A stretch of DNA of 64,000 nucleotides from Spirochaetia bacterium (lineage in GTDB: Bacteria; Spirochaetota; Spirochaetia; DSM-2461). This document shows, piece after piece, positions 46,625 through 56,975 of this stretch (the stretch's first letter is position 1; the number at the start of each line of letters is the position of its first letter). The notes below the pieces were generated by a model. That model saw only the letters and a list, made by a program, of their open reading frames with translations. It searched no databases and was not told where the DNA came from. The DNA lies in the NCBI GenBank assembly GCA_963668315.1, contig OY764216.1:544001-608000 (forward strand). The letters run 5' to 3'. The translations under genes were made by a program, and so were the position numbers.

Positions 46625-47550
46625 GATGATTTTTCCTGAAGTTTAATCCTCGGATCCACAATGCTGTAGAGAATATCCGCTATCAGATTGAGAAAGATGT
46701 AGACGAAGGAGCCGAGCAGGACGATGGCCTGAACCACGTTAAAGTCCCGCCCGTTGATGGCTTGGATGGCCAGCTGCCCCAGACCGGGCCAGGCGAATAC
46801 GGTTTCCACGATGACCGCGCCGGCCAGCAGAGTCGCCAGTTCAATGGCGGCTATGGTAATAAGGGGAATCGACGAGTTTCTGAAGACGTGGCGGAAGAAA
46901 ACCTTTCCGAAGGAGATTCCCTTGGCCCGGGCGGCCCGCACGTAGGGCTTGTCCATCTCCTCTATGATACTGGTCCGCAGAATCCGGGCGAAGGTTGCCA
47001 TGGAGAGGGCTCCCAGGCTCACGGCGGGCAGAATAATCGCCCCGGCTCCTTCGGCCCCGGACGAGGGCAGAATCCTCCACCGGATCGAGAAAAGCATGAT
47101 CAGGAGAATCCCGGACCAGAAGGTTGGCATGCTCTGCCCGACCAGAACCAGGGGCATCAGGATTTTCTCTGTCGCCTTTCCGTGCTTGAGGCCCGCCGCG
47201 ATTCCCACGGGGATTCCGATGCCCACGGCCACGACCAGGGAGGCCAGGGCCAGGGTAAGCGTATAGGGTATCCGGGAGGCCAGGATCTCGGACACCGGCA
47301 GATTCTGCACGTAGGAGGTCCCCAGGTCACAATGGAGCAGCTGCCCCAGATAGCTTAAGTATTGAACAATTAATGGCTGATCGAATCCCAGCTGGGAACG
47401 CAGGCGGGCCACATCTTCGGCCGTGGCTGTCTCAGGCAGCAGAAGAAGGGTCGGATCCCCGGCGAAATGGAGGATAATAAAAACAAGGGTGATAACTCCC
47501 CACAGAGCCAGGAGAGTCTGCAGCAGACGCTTTATTAAAAATTGTACCAT
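46621..47550 (-). CDS. Peptide ABC transporter permease (DppB-like)
   Basis: GDP, LGFDQP, PTFW, YVRAARAKG, ETVFAWPGLG, DPRI. Confidence 0.94.
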   Translation of the reverse strand: MVQFLIKRLLQTLLALWGVITLVFIILHFAGDPTLLLLPETATAEDVARLRSQLGFDQPLIVQYLSYLGQLLHCDLGTSYVQNLPVSEILASRIPYTLTLALASLVVAVGIGIPVGIAAGLKHGKATEKILMPLVLVGQSMPTFWSGILLIMLFSIRWRILPSSGAEGAGAIILPAVSLGALSMATFARILRTSIIEEMDKPYVRAARAKGISFGKVFFRHVFRNSSIPLITIAAIELATLLAGAVIVETVFAWPGLGQLAIQAINGRDFNVVQAIVLLGSFVYIFLNLIADILYSIVDPRIKLQEKSS

Positions 47551-47621
47551 TACTGTTCCTTTTCGGCCTGATCTCATCTCCTGCCGGATATACGGGACAT
47601 CCGGCAGGAGGATTCAGAGAA

Positions 47622-49160
47622 TCAGGAATTGCCCCACTTCATATCCATAATGAAAAGACCTTCGTCGGCCATGGGTTTCCACTGCAGCTCGCTGGCTGCG
47701 CCATAGATAATTCCCACCTCGTAGAGGGGAATCACAGGAATCTCATCCTGAACGATCTGATGAGCTTCCCGGTAGAACTTCTTCCGAACTTCAATGTCCA
47801 TGGAAGTCCGGGCGCCGTCAAGGGCGCTGTCCAGAGCCTCGTTTTTAATCGTCGTCCACTGGCTGCCGGAGTAGAGCATGGGGTACATGATGCCGTCCGC
47901 ATCCTGAACACCGCCGGACCATCGGCCGAAGCTGGTGGTATCCTTGCTGTCATCGGACTGCATGTGCTGAAGAAAGGTGGACATGTCCATGGCGACGATT
48001 TTAACATTCAGACCCACATCGCTCAACATCTGCTGAATGGCGGCGACCACTCTCTGGTCGAAGGTTGCCGGGGCCGTCAGCAATTCGATCTCTTTGTTCC
48101 CGATGCCCGATTCCGCAACAAGGGCCTTGGCTTTTTCCGGATCGTAGGGATAGCCTTTGAAGGAGGCATCGTAACCGAAGGAGGTAATTCCCACCATGAC
48201 GTTGGCGACTTTGGAGTATCCCCCCTTGAGACCGTCGACAATCAGGTTCTTATCGATGGCATAGGCGATAGCCTGTCTTACCTTGATATCGGCGGTAGGA
48301 CCGTAAAGGGTATTAATCCTGAAGTAGGCGATTCTCTCTGTGGGAACGGAGAGGACCTTGATATCGGGGTTGCTCTCCACCTGAACGGCCAGGTCCTCAT
48401 CAAGACTGGTAATAAGATCGCTCTTGCCGGTCTGCAGATTCGCCAGACGGGTGGATTTCTCGGGAACGGCATGGAATTCAACAGTCTTGAAAGGAGGGGT
48501 TCCACCCCAGTAACTCTCATTGGCTTCTACGACAACCTTGATACCCTTTTCCCAGGAAACGAACTTATAGGGACCGCTTCCCATGGGGTTTTTGTTGAAC
48601 TCCTCATTGCCGACCTTTTCCACGTAAGCCCTGGGCACGATACTCAGCTTGACCAGCTGGGCCAGAAGGACGGGATAGGGCTTTGCCGTGGTCAGCCGCA
48701 TGGTGTTTTCATCCACAGCCTCGGCTTTGGTAATGGCGTTGAACGAACCGGTCTGGGGGCTCTTCAGCTCAGGATCGAGCACACGGAGCACGGAGTAGAC
48801 CGCATCGTCGACAGTCAGGGGTGTGCCGTCCTGGAATTTGATATCCCCTCTGATTTTGAAATCGATAACCGTATCGCTGATAAAATCCCAGGATTCAGCG
48901 ACCTTGGGAATGATATTTCCGCCCGTATCGCGGGTCAGAAGATTGTCAAAAATGTTCCGGTACACATAAAAGCTGCTGGGGTTCCACTGCAGGTGGGGGT
49001 CAAGGGTGGTGGGTTCGCTGACCAGATCGATCACCAGGACATCCTTGGTGACTTCGGCGGGGGCCTGAGCGGTCTCCACGTTTTTTTTCTGACAGCCGCT
49101 TAACAGCAGAAGCAGGGCAAAAAGGGGCAGTAAGGTTCTCTTTAACAAACTACTTTTCAT
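47622..49160 (-). CDS. Family 5 ABC substrate-binding lipoprotein
   Basis: Lipobox LSGC; TLDPH, FQDGTPLT, GSGPYKF, VRQAIAYAID, YDPEKAK. Confidence 0.94.
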   Translation of the reverse strand: MKSSLLKRTLLPLFALLLLLSGCQKKNVETAQAPAEVTKDVLVIDLVSEPTTLDPHLQWNPSSFYVYRNIFDNLLTRDTGGNIIPKVAESWDFISDTVIDFKIRGDIKFQDGTPLTVDDAVYSVLRVLDPELKSPQTGSFNAITKAEAVDENTMRLTTAKPYPVLLAQLVKLSIVPRAYVEKVGNEEFNKNPMGSGPYKFVSWEKGIKVVVEANESYWGGTPPFKTVEFHAVPEKSTRLANLQTGKSDLITSLDEDLAVQVESNPDIKVLSVPTERIAYFRINTLYGPTADIKVRQAIAYAIDKNLIVDGLKGGYSKVANVMVGITSFGYDASFKGYPYDPEKAKALVAESGIGNKEIELLTAPATFDQRVVAAIQQMLSDVGLNVKIVAMDMSTFLQHMQSDDSKDTTSFGRWSGGVQDADGIMYPMLYSGSQWTTIKNEALDSALDGARTSMDIEVRKKFYREAHQIVQDEIPVIPLYEVGIIYGAASELQWKPMADEGLFIMDMKWGNS

Positions 49161-49203
49161 TTTTCTCTCCTAAAATGATTATTCAACCGGATGAATTTAT
49201 TTC

Positions 49204-50199
49204 CTAGAAATCATCATCCAGAACTTTTGAGAACAGGTAGGACCAGTCTCCCGGATTAATGACGCTGATACTCCAGTACCCGATGACGACTCCGTCGAAG
49301 GGGGCAATTATCTCCGAAAGCTTGTGTCCGAAGAAATCCTTGACCACGGCCAGGACCTCCCCTTTCTGAACCATCTCACCGGGTTTCTTCAGGGGAACAT
49401 GAATACCGCCCGTATCGGTATGGATATAGTGAAGCTCCGTATCCATCTGGTTCTCCACGGGAGCGGCGTCGCCTTCCAGCATTCCCAGGAATTTCATGAC
49501 ATTGAAGATTCCGTCGCTGCAGATGGCCACATTCTTGTCTCTGTCGTAGAAACGGGCGCAATGGGAACCCACTTCGGGAAGAATCATGGGAACACCCTTC
49601 TTTCTGGCTTCGATGATGGAAACCCCTTCGAAGGGAAGATTCTGCATCCGCCAGGTGTATTCCGTACCGAAAGCCTTGGCCATCTCCCGAACCAGGTTTC
49701 TGTTTTCGTCATCAACAGGCTGATAACCGACAATCGGCTCCAGATAAAGGACGTCTCCTCCTCCATGGAAAGTGATGCCGTAATCCGCCTGGGGAACAAT
49801 CTCGTTAATGTAGGTATGGGCGATCCTGTGGGTGATAAACTTATTCGGGTCACCGGGAAAAATCCGGTTCAGGTTCGTTGAATCGATAGACGAAATACGG
49901 TCCAGAGCGGCATAGGCGTCCAGATTGAGAACAGGTATGGCCAGGAGTGTTCCCCTGAATTCCATTCCCATCAGCTTGTCTGCCACGTCGATGATCGCTT
50001 CGGTTCCTTCGAATTCATCTCCGTGGGTACAGGCATCCACCAGCAGAGTCGGACCTTCCTGCTCACCGCGGATGATAATCACGGGGATTCGCACCCAGCT
50101 GCCGTCCGGTTTCAAGCCGATATTCAGAAAACCCTCTTCCCGTTTTCCGCCCTCAAAGACACGACTGTCACTAAGCTTCAAATTCATATTACTTTGCAT
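49204..50199 (-). CDS. Succinylglutamate desuccinylase / aspartoacylase family (M14-like) deacylase
   Basis: HGDEFEG zinc motif, NLNRIFPG, FHGGG, PEVG, C-terminal barrel-sandwich with APFDG. Confidence 0.88.
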   Translation of the reverse strand: MQSNMNLKLSDSRVFEGGKREEGFLNIGLKPDGSWVRIPVIIIRGEQEGPTLLVDACTHGDEFEGTEAIIDVADKLMGMEFRGTLLAIPVLNLDAYAALDRISSIDSTNLNRIFPGDPNKFITHRIAHTYINEIVPQADYGITFHGGGDVLYLEPIVGYQPVDDENRNLVREMAKAFGTEYTWRMQNLPFEGVSIIEARKKGVPMILPEVGSHCARFYDRDKNVAICSDGIFNVMKFLGMLEGDAAPVENQMDTELHYIHTDTGGIHVPLKKPGEMVQKGEVLAVVKDFFGHKLSEIIAPFDGVVIGYWSISVINPGDWSYLFSKVLDDDF

Positions 50200-50271
50200 T
50201 ATGACTCCTTAATTCCGATGGTGCTTAACATCATCATTTTCTCTTCAAGTACTTGTTTCAGACACCCTAAT

Positions 50272-50288
50272 CGCAATAAGCATGCCAA
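50272..50288 (-). promoter_or_regulatory. Sigma54 (-24/-12) promoter
   Basis: Minus strand TTGGCATGCTTATTGCG with correct GG-N10-GC spacing, about 70 nt upstream of the deacylase and next to an enhancer-binding protein gene. Confidence 0.82.
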
Positions 50289-50454
50289 AAGGAGAGTTTT
50301 TCCCTTTCTTACAATTGTGAAATTTCAAGGAGAGAAAAAAGGAGTTTTTACTTTTGCGTACTTTTCTGAAGGAGGCAAAAAGAGAATTTCAAGAAAAGTT
50401 ATGCGAAGGGATTCTTTTACGGGTTTTAATGGGATGCCCATTTCTCCCCATTTA

Positions 50455-52515
50455 TCATCCCTTTAAGGCGTAATGGAAACTCTTCCCCTTCTCCGTGAGG
50501 GAGGTACCGCTTCGTCCCGTTCCGCTCTCTATCAGGCCGTTCCGATGGAAGAGATCCAGAATCTGTCTTATCTCGTATTCAGAGACATCGCCCCCCTCGG
50601 ACAACAGGGTCTGATGCAGTCCCCTCCGGCCCATGTTTTTCCGGTTCAGAATATATAGAACCCTCTGCGCCGTCTCCCGGCTCTCCCCGTCCAGTTCCCT
50701 CAGAATGTCATCTTCTTGGTCGGACAGCGCCACATCCTCCGAAAAGGCCGTAAACGTGGGGGGCAGGTCTTCAAGGGTGAGGATCGGACCGCCCATATAA
50801 CTCATATATTCCACGCAGTTGGTCAGCTCCCGAATGTTCCCTTCCCAGGGCCACTCCTCCAGAAAACGGAGAAGTTCCGGAGAGATTTCCTTGGGGGTGT
50901 TTTTCATCTTGAGCATATGGTCTATGAGGATGGGAACGTCCCCCCTTCTATGGGAGAGCGCCGGGAGATGCAGGGAGAAAACGGTCAGCCTGTAGTAGAG
51001 GTCTTTCCGGAAGAGCCCCTCTTTCATGAGCCGGTGGAGATTCCGGTTCGTCGCGGCGATAACCCTCACATTCACGGGGATGGTTGTCGTTCCGCCGATG
51101 CGCATGACCTCCTTCTCCTGGAGAAAACGGAGCAGCTTGGCCTGTATATCCCCGGGGATTTCCCCGATCTCATCGAGGAAGACCGTTCCGTTGTGGGCCA
51201 GTTCGAAAAGCCCCTTCTTCCCCCCTTTCCGGGCATTGGTGAAAGCCCCCTCCTCATAACCGAAAAGCTCGCTCTCCAACAGTTCCCGTACCAGGGAGGC
51301 ACAGTTTATGGCGATGAAGGGCCCCTTGGCCCGTTTGGACGCGTTATGTATCGACTGGGTGAAAAGCTCCTTTCCCGTTCCGCTCTCTCCGGTAATAAGG
51401 ATATTCGCGTCGATCTGGGCCAGCTTTTTCGCCTGCTGAATGGTGTGGCGGATAACCTGACTCTCCCCTATGATATCCCTGAAGTCGTAACGGGCGATAT
51501 GACCCCGGTCGCTCAGCTGCTTTCTCAGCTGATTCTCGAGCCTCTCGATCTCGGTGACATCCTTCACGATAATTATCACGCCATAGATGAAACCGGCGGC
51601 CTTGATACGCCGTTTGGTCACAAGAATGCTCTTCTCAATCCGGGGAATACGAATCAGTTCATTCTCCAGCAGAGCCGCTCCCCTCAGACAGCCTGCAAGC
51701 TCATCATAGGGAATCACCTGACCCAGTTCGGCCCGGTAGAAATCGATGGGTTCCAGGTCCAGAATCCGCTTCATACTCTCGTTTATATGCAGAAGGCGCT
51801 CGTCCCGGTCGATCACCATGACCCCGTCGTCAATAACCTTCAGAACCACATCCCACTGGTTTCTGATCTCCGACCCGGAGCGCAGGGCGTAAACAAGTCC
51901 CTGCCCGATGGGAAGGATTCTCGAAGCATGGCTGAAGAGCCGCCGTTCCAGTTCCGTATCGAAGATCAGCAGCTTGGTGGTAATCTCCATGAGGGTGGAA
52001 AGGTCGATCACCGTCCATCCCAGGTCGATGACCCGTTTGGCCCGGGGGGGAACGTAGGAGAGAAGGCCCGCCGTAATCGCCAGGTCCAGGTCGGGGATCT
52101 GTTCCGGCTCCATATCGGGATAAACCGGCGTCAGTTCCACATTGCCGATACCCTTTTCGTAGAGCAGGGAGATAATCTCCACGGAACTGATGCGGCAGTA
52201 GTCGACAAACATGGCCCGGCTTCCGGGAGGCAGCTGTTCCAGTTCCTCAAGCTTTCCTTTGAGAAAGGTACGGGTCAGGTAGATGATTTCCACATTCTCC
52301 GGAAGATAGGGCTTAACAAAGTCATTGGCGATGGGGGATGATATGACGATCAGGTCTCCCCTGATCTCTTCCTCCAGAGGTTCCTTGACGCTGTAGCCTT
52401 CCACGTCCAGATAGCCCTTGAAGAAACTGCGCAGCTCGGCCGTATACCTCAGCTTTGCCTCCTCCTCCAGGGTGATGACCACCAGTCTCTTTAAAGAAGA
52501 TTTGCTTCTGCTCAT
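50455..52515 (-). CDS. Sigma54-dependent enhancer-binding protein (PAS, AAA+, winged helix)
   Basis: GESGTGKE, ESELFGYEEGAFTNA, FLDEIGE, AATN, FRKDLYYRL, WEGNIREL. Confidence 0.93.
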   Translation of the reverse strand: MSRSKSSLKRLVVITLEEEAKLRYTAELRSFFKGYLDVEGYSVKEPLEEEIRGDLIVISSPIANDFVKPYLPENVEIIYLTRTFLKGKLEELEQLPPGSRAMFVDYCRISSVEIISLLYEKGIGNVELTPVYPDMEPEQIPDLDLAITAGLLSYVPPRAKRVIDLGWTVIDLSTLMEITTKLLIFDTELERRLFSHASRILPIGQGLVYALRSGSEIRNQWDVVLKVIDDGVMVIDRDERLLHINESMKRILDLEPIDFYRAELGQVIPYDELAGCLRGAALLENELIRIPRIEKSILVTKRRIKAAGFIYGVIIIVKDVTEIERLENQLRKQLSDRGHIARYDFRDIIGESQVIRHTIQQAKKLAQIDANILITGESGTGKELFTQSIHNASKRAKGPFIAINCASLVRELLESELFGYEEGAFTNARKGGKKGLFELAHNGTVFLDEIGEIPGDIQAKLLRFLQEKEVMRIGGTTTIPVNVRVIAATNRNLHRLMKEGLFRKDLYYRLTVFSLHLPALSHRRGDVPILIDHMLKMKNTPKEISPELLRFLEEWPWEGNIRELTNCVEYMSYMGGPILTLEDLPPTFTAFSEDVALSDQEDDILRELDGESRETAQRVLYILNRKNMGRRGLHQTLLSEGGDVSEYEIRQILDLFHRNGLIESGTGRSGTSLTEKGKSFHYALKG

Positions 52516-52518
52516 AGC

Positions 52519-53355
52519 CTATTCTACCCCAACTTCGCCTTTGTATAAAGAAGCCGGCCCTCCATGGTTTCTATTCTCCCGGGGCGGCCGGCCCGTACGT
52601 GCCTGTACCAGGCGGGAAAAGTAAGCCGGGTCGCGGAACCCGCAGCGCCAGGCGATCTCGGAGACCTGCAGCAGTGAATCCCTGAGGAGGGATAACCCCG
52701 TCTTAAGCCTGAGCTCCCTGAGAAAATCCGAAGGGCTCTGCCCCGTTTCAGCGGTAAATATCCGGGAGAGTACGGAACGGTGCAGTCCCGCTTCCCGGGC
52801 CAGACGATTGATATCATAGGAGGGATTGCTGAAATTCTCCCGTATCAGCCGCTTCACCAGTTCGACCCGCCGATCGCTCCCCTTTTCGGCCGTCGGAATA
52901 TCGACTTCGCTCAGCAGAGCCATGACAAGGGAGAGGGCTTTCTTCTGGGAAGCGAAAGATCCGTCGCCCACCAGGGATTTGAGCAGGCGGAACGACTCCC
53001 GGGACAATCCGGAGCAGGCATAGCAGCCGGCGGTTAATCCGTACCAGTCCAGGGGGCTGTCGCAATCCTTCCCGTCAAGGGTGAACCAGTAATATTCCCA
53101 GTCGCCCGAAAGGGCGGTGAGGTCATGCTCGATTCCCGCCGGCAGGACAACAAGGGTATTTTTCTCGGCCAGATATTCCCTTCCCGAATGGAGAAAGCGC
53201 CCCTCCCCCTCGAAGGTATACCAGACCTCGGTGAAGTAGCGGGGAGTAAACTGCTCGCTCCAGCCTCTCTTGACCCGGTAGTGGCCGGTACTGCGTATTC
53301 CAAAGGGCAGAGAAGAGGCGGGAGCATCGGTGGGACGGTAGGTTAAATCCATCAT
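52519..53355 (-). CDS. AraC family transcriptional regulator
   Basis: Cupin N-terminus; C-terminal EIAWRCGFRDPAYFSR. Confidence 0.92.
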   Translation of the reverse strand: MMDLTYRPTDAPASSLPFGIRSTGHYRVKRGWSEQFTPRYFTEVWYTFEGEGRFLHSGREYLAEKNTLVVLPAGIEHDLTALSGDWEYYWFTLDGKDCDSPLDWYGLTAGCYACSGLSRESFRLLKSLVGDGSFASQKKALSLVMALLSEVDIPTAEKGSDRRVELVKRLIRENFSNPSYDINRLAREAGLHRSVLSRIFTAETGQSPSDFLRELRLKTGLSLLRDSLLQVSEIAWRCGFRDPAYFSRLVQARTGRPPRENRNHGGPASLYKGEVGVE

Positions 53356-53476
53356 AACATGTCACCAGTATCCAAATATTACTACATATTTCCGATTTTA
53401 TCCTGCTGTTTCAGCACTAAAATATAATTTCACAGGTGCAGCCCATTGCTCGCCTATGCATCCAAAGGAGACCATA

Positions 53477-55174
53477 ATGAAAACATATCCCCATTTTCCT
53501 AAAAGAAACGACCGCTGCCTCGACGGCATCTGGGATTTCACCTTTCTCGGTGAAGACTGCGATCTGAATACCATCGATATCAAGGGAGCCGGTTTTACCG
53601 GAAAAGCCACCGTTCCCGGCTGTTTCGATACGGTTCTGCCCTTGACGGGAAAAAGGGGAACGGCTCTCTACCGCACCTCTTTCGACCTGACTCCGGGAAA
53701 AGCGGGGGAGCTGCGATTCCGCGGACTGGGACTGTGGTGCCGCGTCTATGTCGACGGCGAAGCTCTATTCGAAGGGGCCTACCCCTACAGCGGATTCACC
53801 GTGGCCGTCCCCGCCTCCGACAAGAGGGAAAGAGTCCTGACAGTGGCCATAGACAACCGTTTTGACTTTGACCGGGTCCCCCTTATGGAACAGTACTTCG
53901 ACTTCTACGGCTACGGCGGGATTTACCGCTCCGTGGAGATCAGCGAACTTCCCGGAAAGCCCCTGAGACGCCTGGAAGTGACAACCATCGATCCGGCGGC
54001 GGGTAAAATCAGCCTGAATCTGAGAACCGCCTACGAAACAGCGGAATCCTCAATTTCGGCCGAAGTAACCGTGGAGGGCAAAAAACAAACGGTGGCCCTC
54101 AAAAAGGGAAGCGACGGCTATACCGCAGAAATGACCCTGCCCGGGCTCTCCCCGTGGAGCCCCTCCTCTCCGGCGCTGCACGAGATCAGCCTGGAAACGG
54201 CGGAGGACCTTATCACCGAACGGTTCGGCCTGAGAAAAATCACCACCGAGCAGGGACAGGTAAAAATCAACGGGGAACCGGTTAAGCTCCTCGGCTACTG
54301 CCGCCACGAATCCCATCCCCAGTACGGCCCCTGCCTTCCCCTTCAGCAGCTGCTGCAGGACCTTCATATCCTGAGGGACATGGGATGCAATTTTATCCGG
54401 GGAAGCCACTACCCCCAGGATCCCCGCTTTCTCGACCTGTGCGACGAAATGGGCTTCATGGTCTGGGAGGAGAGTATCGGCTGGGGTCAGAGGGAAAAAT
54501 CCTTCTCCAGCAGCAAATTCCACGAGCAGCAGGTCCACCAGACCCGGCTCATGGTGGAGAACAGCTACAACCACCCCTCGGTCGTCATGTGGGGCTTTTT
54601 GAACGAAGGGGCCAGTAACGAGGAGTATGCCCGCCCCCTGTACGAAGATCTTTTCAAGACCATCAGGGAGAAAGACAAGAGCCGCCCCGTGACCTACGCT
54701 TCCATGTTCCCCTTCGACGATCTTTTCTTTGATCAGGCGGATATCGTCAGCATCAACCAGTACCCCGGCTGGTACGCCCAGGGCGAATCGACCCGCCCCC
54801 TCGAGGAAGTCCCCGCCGAACTGGACAAATACCGCGAGATGGCCAAAGCGAAGGGGCTGGCCGATAAGCCCATGATCATTTCGGAAATGGGGGCGGGCGC
54901 CTTCTACGGATGGCGCGATCCCCATCATGCCCACTGGAGCGAAGAGTACCAGGCCGATTACCTGGACCAGCTGACCCGGGAGATCACCACCCGGGAAGAT
55001 TACAGCGGCGTCTCCCTCTGGCAGTTCTGCGACAGCCGGACCTATGACAACAAATACGCCCTGGGCCGGCCCCGGGGATTCAACAACAAGGGCACGGTGG
55101 ACGAATACCGCCGTCCCAAAATGGCCTACGACCGGGTCAAGGCCAATTTCCTCGGCTACGCCAGAAAAGGGTAA
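53477..55174 (+). CDS. Glycoside hydrolase family 2, beta-glucuronidase-like
   Basis: YGGIYR, RHE, RGSHYP, LCDEMG, NHPSV..W..LNE (acid/base), SEMGA (nucleophile), NxKG motif (FNNKG). Confidence 0.88.
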   Translation: MKTYPHFPKRNDRCLDGIWDFTFLGEDCDLNTIDIKGAGFTGKATVPGCFDTVLPLTGKRGTALYRTSFDLTPGKAGELRFRGLGLWCRVYVDGEALFEGAYPYSGFTVAVPASDKRERVLTVAIDNRFDFDRVPLMEQYFDFYGYGGIYRSVEISELPGKPLRRLEVTTIDPAAGKISLNLRTAYETAESSISAEVTVEGKKQTVALKKGSDGYTAEMTLPGLSPWSPSSPALHEISLETAEDLITERFGLRKITTEQGQVKINGEPVKLLGYCRHESHPQYGPCLPLQQLLQDLHILRDMGCNFIRGSHYPQDPRFLDLCDEMGFMVWEESIGWGQREKSFSSSKFHEQQVHQTRLMVENSYNHPSVVMWGFLNEGASNEEYARPLYEDLFKTIREKDKSRPVTYASMFPFDDLFFDQADIVSINQYPGWYAQGESTRPLEEVPAELDKYREMAKAKGLADKPMIISEMGAGAFYGWRDPHHAHWSEEYQADYLDQLTREITTREDYSGVSLWQFCDSRTYDNKYALGRPRGFNNKGTVDEYRRPKMAYDRVKANFLGYARKG

Positions 55175-56125
55175 TCAGAAGGCCCGGGCGATTCTCTCCC
55201 TGTCCTCGCCGGACAGGAGGATTTCCCCGCCGCGGATCACGCCGTCCACCTGGTCCTCTCTGCGCATTCCCACGATCGCCGCGGTTATGGCGGAGTGGCA
55301 CAGAGTCCAGGCTATGGCGACTTCCGCGGCGGTACAGCCCTTCTCAACGGCGATCTCACCCATCGCGGCGGCGATACGCAGATTGGCCGACAGCTTCGGT
55401 TCGGTAAAAAGCTCGTGGGTTTTACGCCAGTCCCCCTCATCCATAGCCTCGATCCTCTCCCGGTTCATCCTGCCGGTAAGCAGCCCCGAGCCCATGGGGG
55501 AGTAAACAATCACGCCGATACCGTTTTTTTCACAATAGGGCAGGATTTCCTCTTCCGCTTCCCTTCTGACGGCGCTGTAAGGGGGCTGCATGCTGGTCAG
55601 GGGAGCGATGTCCCTGATGTTTTCCAGCTGGGCGACGGAAAAATTGGAAACCCCCAAATAGCGGACCTTCCCCTCTTTCTGCAGACGGTACATCGCCTCA
55701 TAGGCCTCCTCTTCCCGGCCTTCCGCCTCGTTGGCGGGGGGCCAGTGGATCTGATACAGATCGATGACGTCAAGCTGCAGACGGCGCAGGCTGTCCTCGG
55801 CTTCCTTAATGACATTGGCCGCTTTGTAATTGTTGACCGTATTTCCCTGCTCGTCCCAGGTGCGGGTACACTTGGTAAAGACATAGGGTTTGCGGCCGGT
55901 CATTTTCAAGGCCTTCCCCACCACTTCTTCCCCGTGGCCCAGCCCGTAAATGGCGGCCGTATCGATCCAGTTGATGCCCCGGTCAAGGGCTTTGTGTATC
56001 GTCCGGAACGAATCGTCATCATCCTGGTGGCCCCACCCGCGGGCCCAATCCCCGCCTATGGCCCAGGTTCCCAGTCCCATCCGGGTTATCTCAAGGTCGC
56101 TGTTTCCCAATTTCGCTGTGTTCAT
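55175..56125 (-). CDS. Aldo/keto reductase
   Basis: GLGTWAIGG, DTAAIYG, SLRRLQ..IDLYQIHWP, GVSNF, YSPMGSGLLTG. Confidence 0.93.
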   Translation of the reverse strand: MNTAKLGNSDLEITRMGLGTWAIGGDWARGWGHQDDDDSFRTIHKALDRGINWIDTAAIYGLGHGEEVVGKALKMTGRKPYVFTKCTRTWDEQGNTVNNYKAANVIKEAEDSLRRLQLDVIDLYQIHWPPANEAEGREEEAYEAMYRLQKEGKVRYLGVSNFSVAQLENIRDIAPLTSMQPPYSAVRREAEEEILPYCEKNGIGVIVYSPMGSGLLTGRMNRERIEAMDEGDWRKTHELFTEPKLSANLRIAAAMGEIAVEKGCTAAEVAIAWTLCHSAITAAIVGMRREDQVDGVIRGGEILLSGEDRERIARAF

Positions 56126-56160
56126 AATTCTCTTCTCCCGATGGCAGTTTTAAATAGTGT

Positions 56161-56841
56161 TCAAGCCAGATCCCTGATACGTACTTCGGGGGCTCCCTTC
56201 CTGTCAAGCAGACGGACAATCTCTCCCGTGTCGGTATCACCGTAGTGGTAGGGAATCAGAATATCCGGGCCGATGACTGTCGCCGCGTGGGCGGCCTGGG
56301 CGGGTGTCATGGTATAGGGCTGATTCACGGGAAGGAAAGCTAGGGAGATGTCAGACAGGTTTTCCATTTCGGGAATGACTTCCGTATCTCCCGCCACATA
56401 AACCTTCCTGTCTCCGAAAGTCAGCACATAGCCGTTATCCCGCCCCCGGGGATGAAAACGCTCATGTCCCTCCGTCGTATTATAGGCCGGCACGGCCTGG
56501 ACATCCACGCCGAAAAGAGAGACCTCCTCCCCGTTGTTCATAACCCGTACCGCCGGGCCGTAGTCTCCCGTTGCGGCCGATTCACCGTTCATCACAAGAA
56601 CGGTGTTTTCGCTTCTCAGCTTTTCTATCGCCCGCGGATCCAGGTGATCCCTGTGGCTGTGGGTGATCAGAATAATATCCGCCTTCTCCCAGGTCTCGTA
56701 ATCGGTATATTCCGAGACGGGATCCACATGAATGTTCAAGCCGTCCCAGTTCATAGCCAGCGTACCATGGGCCACATAGGTAATCTGCAAGACCCCTGAA
56801 TCCGTCTGAAATTCATCTGTTGTAAAATCGTCTTTACCCAT
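56161..56841 (-). CDS. MBL-fold metallo-hydrolase
   Basis: VDP, THSHRDH, PAYN, AGDTE, PYHY. Confidence 0.9.
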   Translation of the reverse strand: MGKDDFTTDEFQTDSGVLQITYVAHGTLAMNWDGLNIHVDPVSEYTDYETWEKADIILITHSHRDHLDPRAIEKLRSENTVLVMNGESAATGDYGPAVRVMNNGEEVSLFGVDVQAVPAYNTTEGHERFHPRGRDNGYVLTFGDRKVYVAGDTEVIPEMENLSDISLAFLPVNQPYTMTPAQAAHAATVIGPDILIPYHYGDTDTGEIVRLLDRKGAPEVRIRDLA

Positions 56842-56928
56842 TTTTTCTCCCTTCTCCTCCATCATAAACCCATCCGTTCCCTTTCCTCAACGTTTATAAG
56901 AGATAAAACAGACATCCCGGTCCCGGGT

Positions 56929-56956
56929 AAAAAAAACGGGCCCCGAAAGGCCCGTT
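56929..56956 (-). terminator. Intrinsic terminator
   Basis: Minus strand aacgggcct-ttcg-gggcccg followed by 8 T. Confidence 0.85.
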
Positions 56957-56975
56957 AAATTATAATCAAATAAAT

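Noticed and set aside
47579..47610. Hairpin tcctgccggat / atccggcagga after the binding-protein gene
   Set aside because: Ordinary mRNA-stabilising stem-loop in an ABC operon
50716..52341. 541-aa plus-strand ORF (similar long shadows at 36223-37716, 47760-49103, 59753-60970, 61418-62584, 31586-32686, 33896-34963)
   Set aside because: All lie opposite well-supported genes; long antisense frames are expected from GC-rich codon usage
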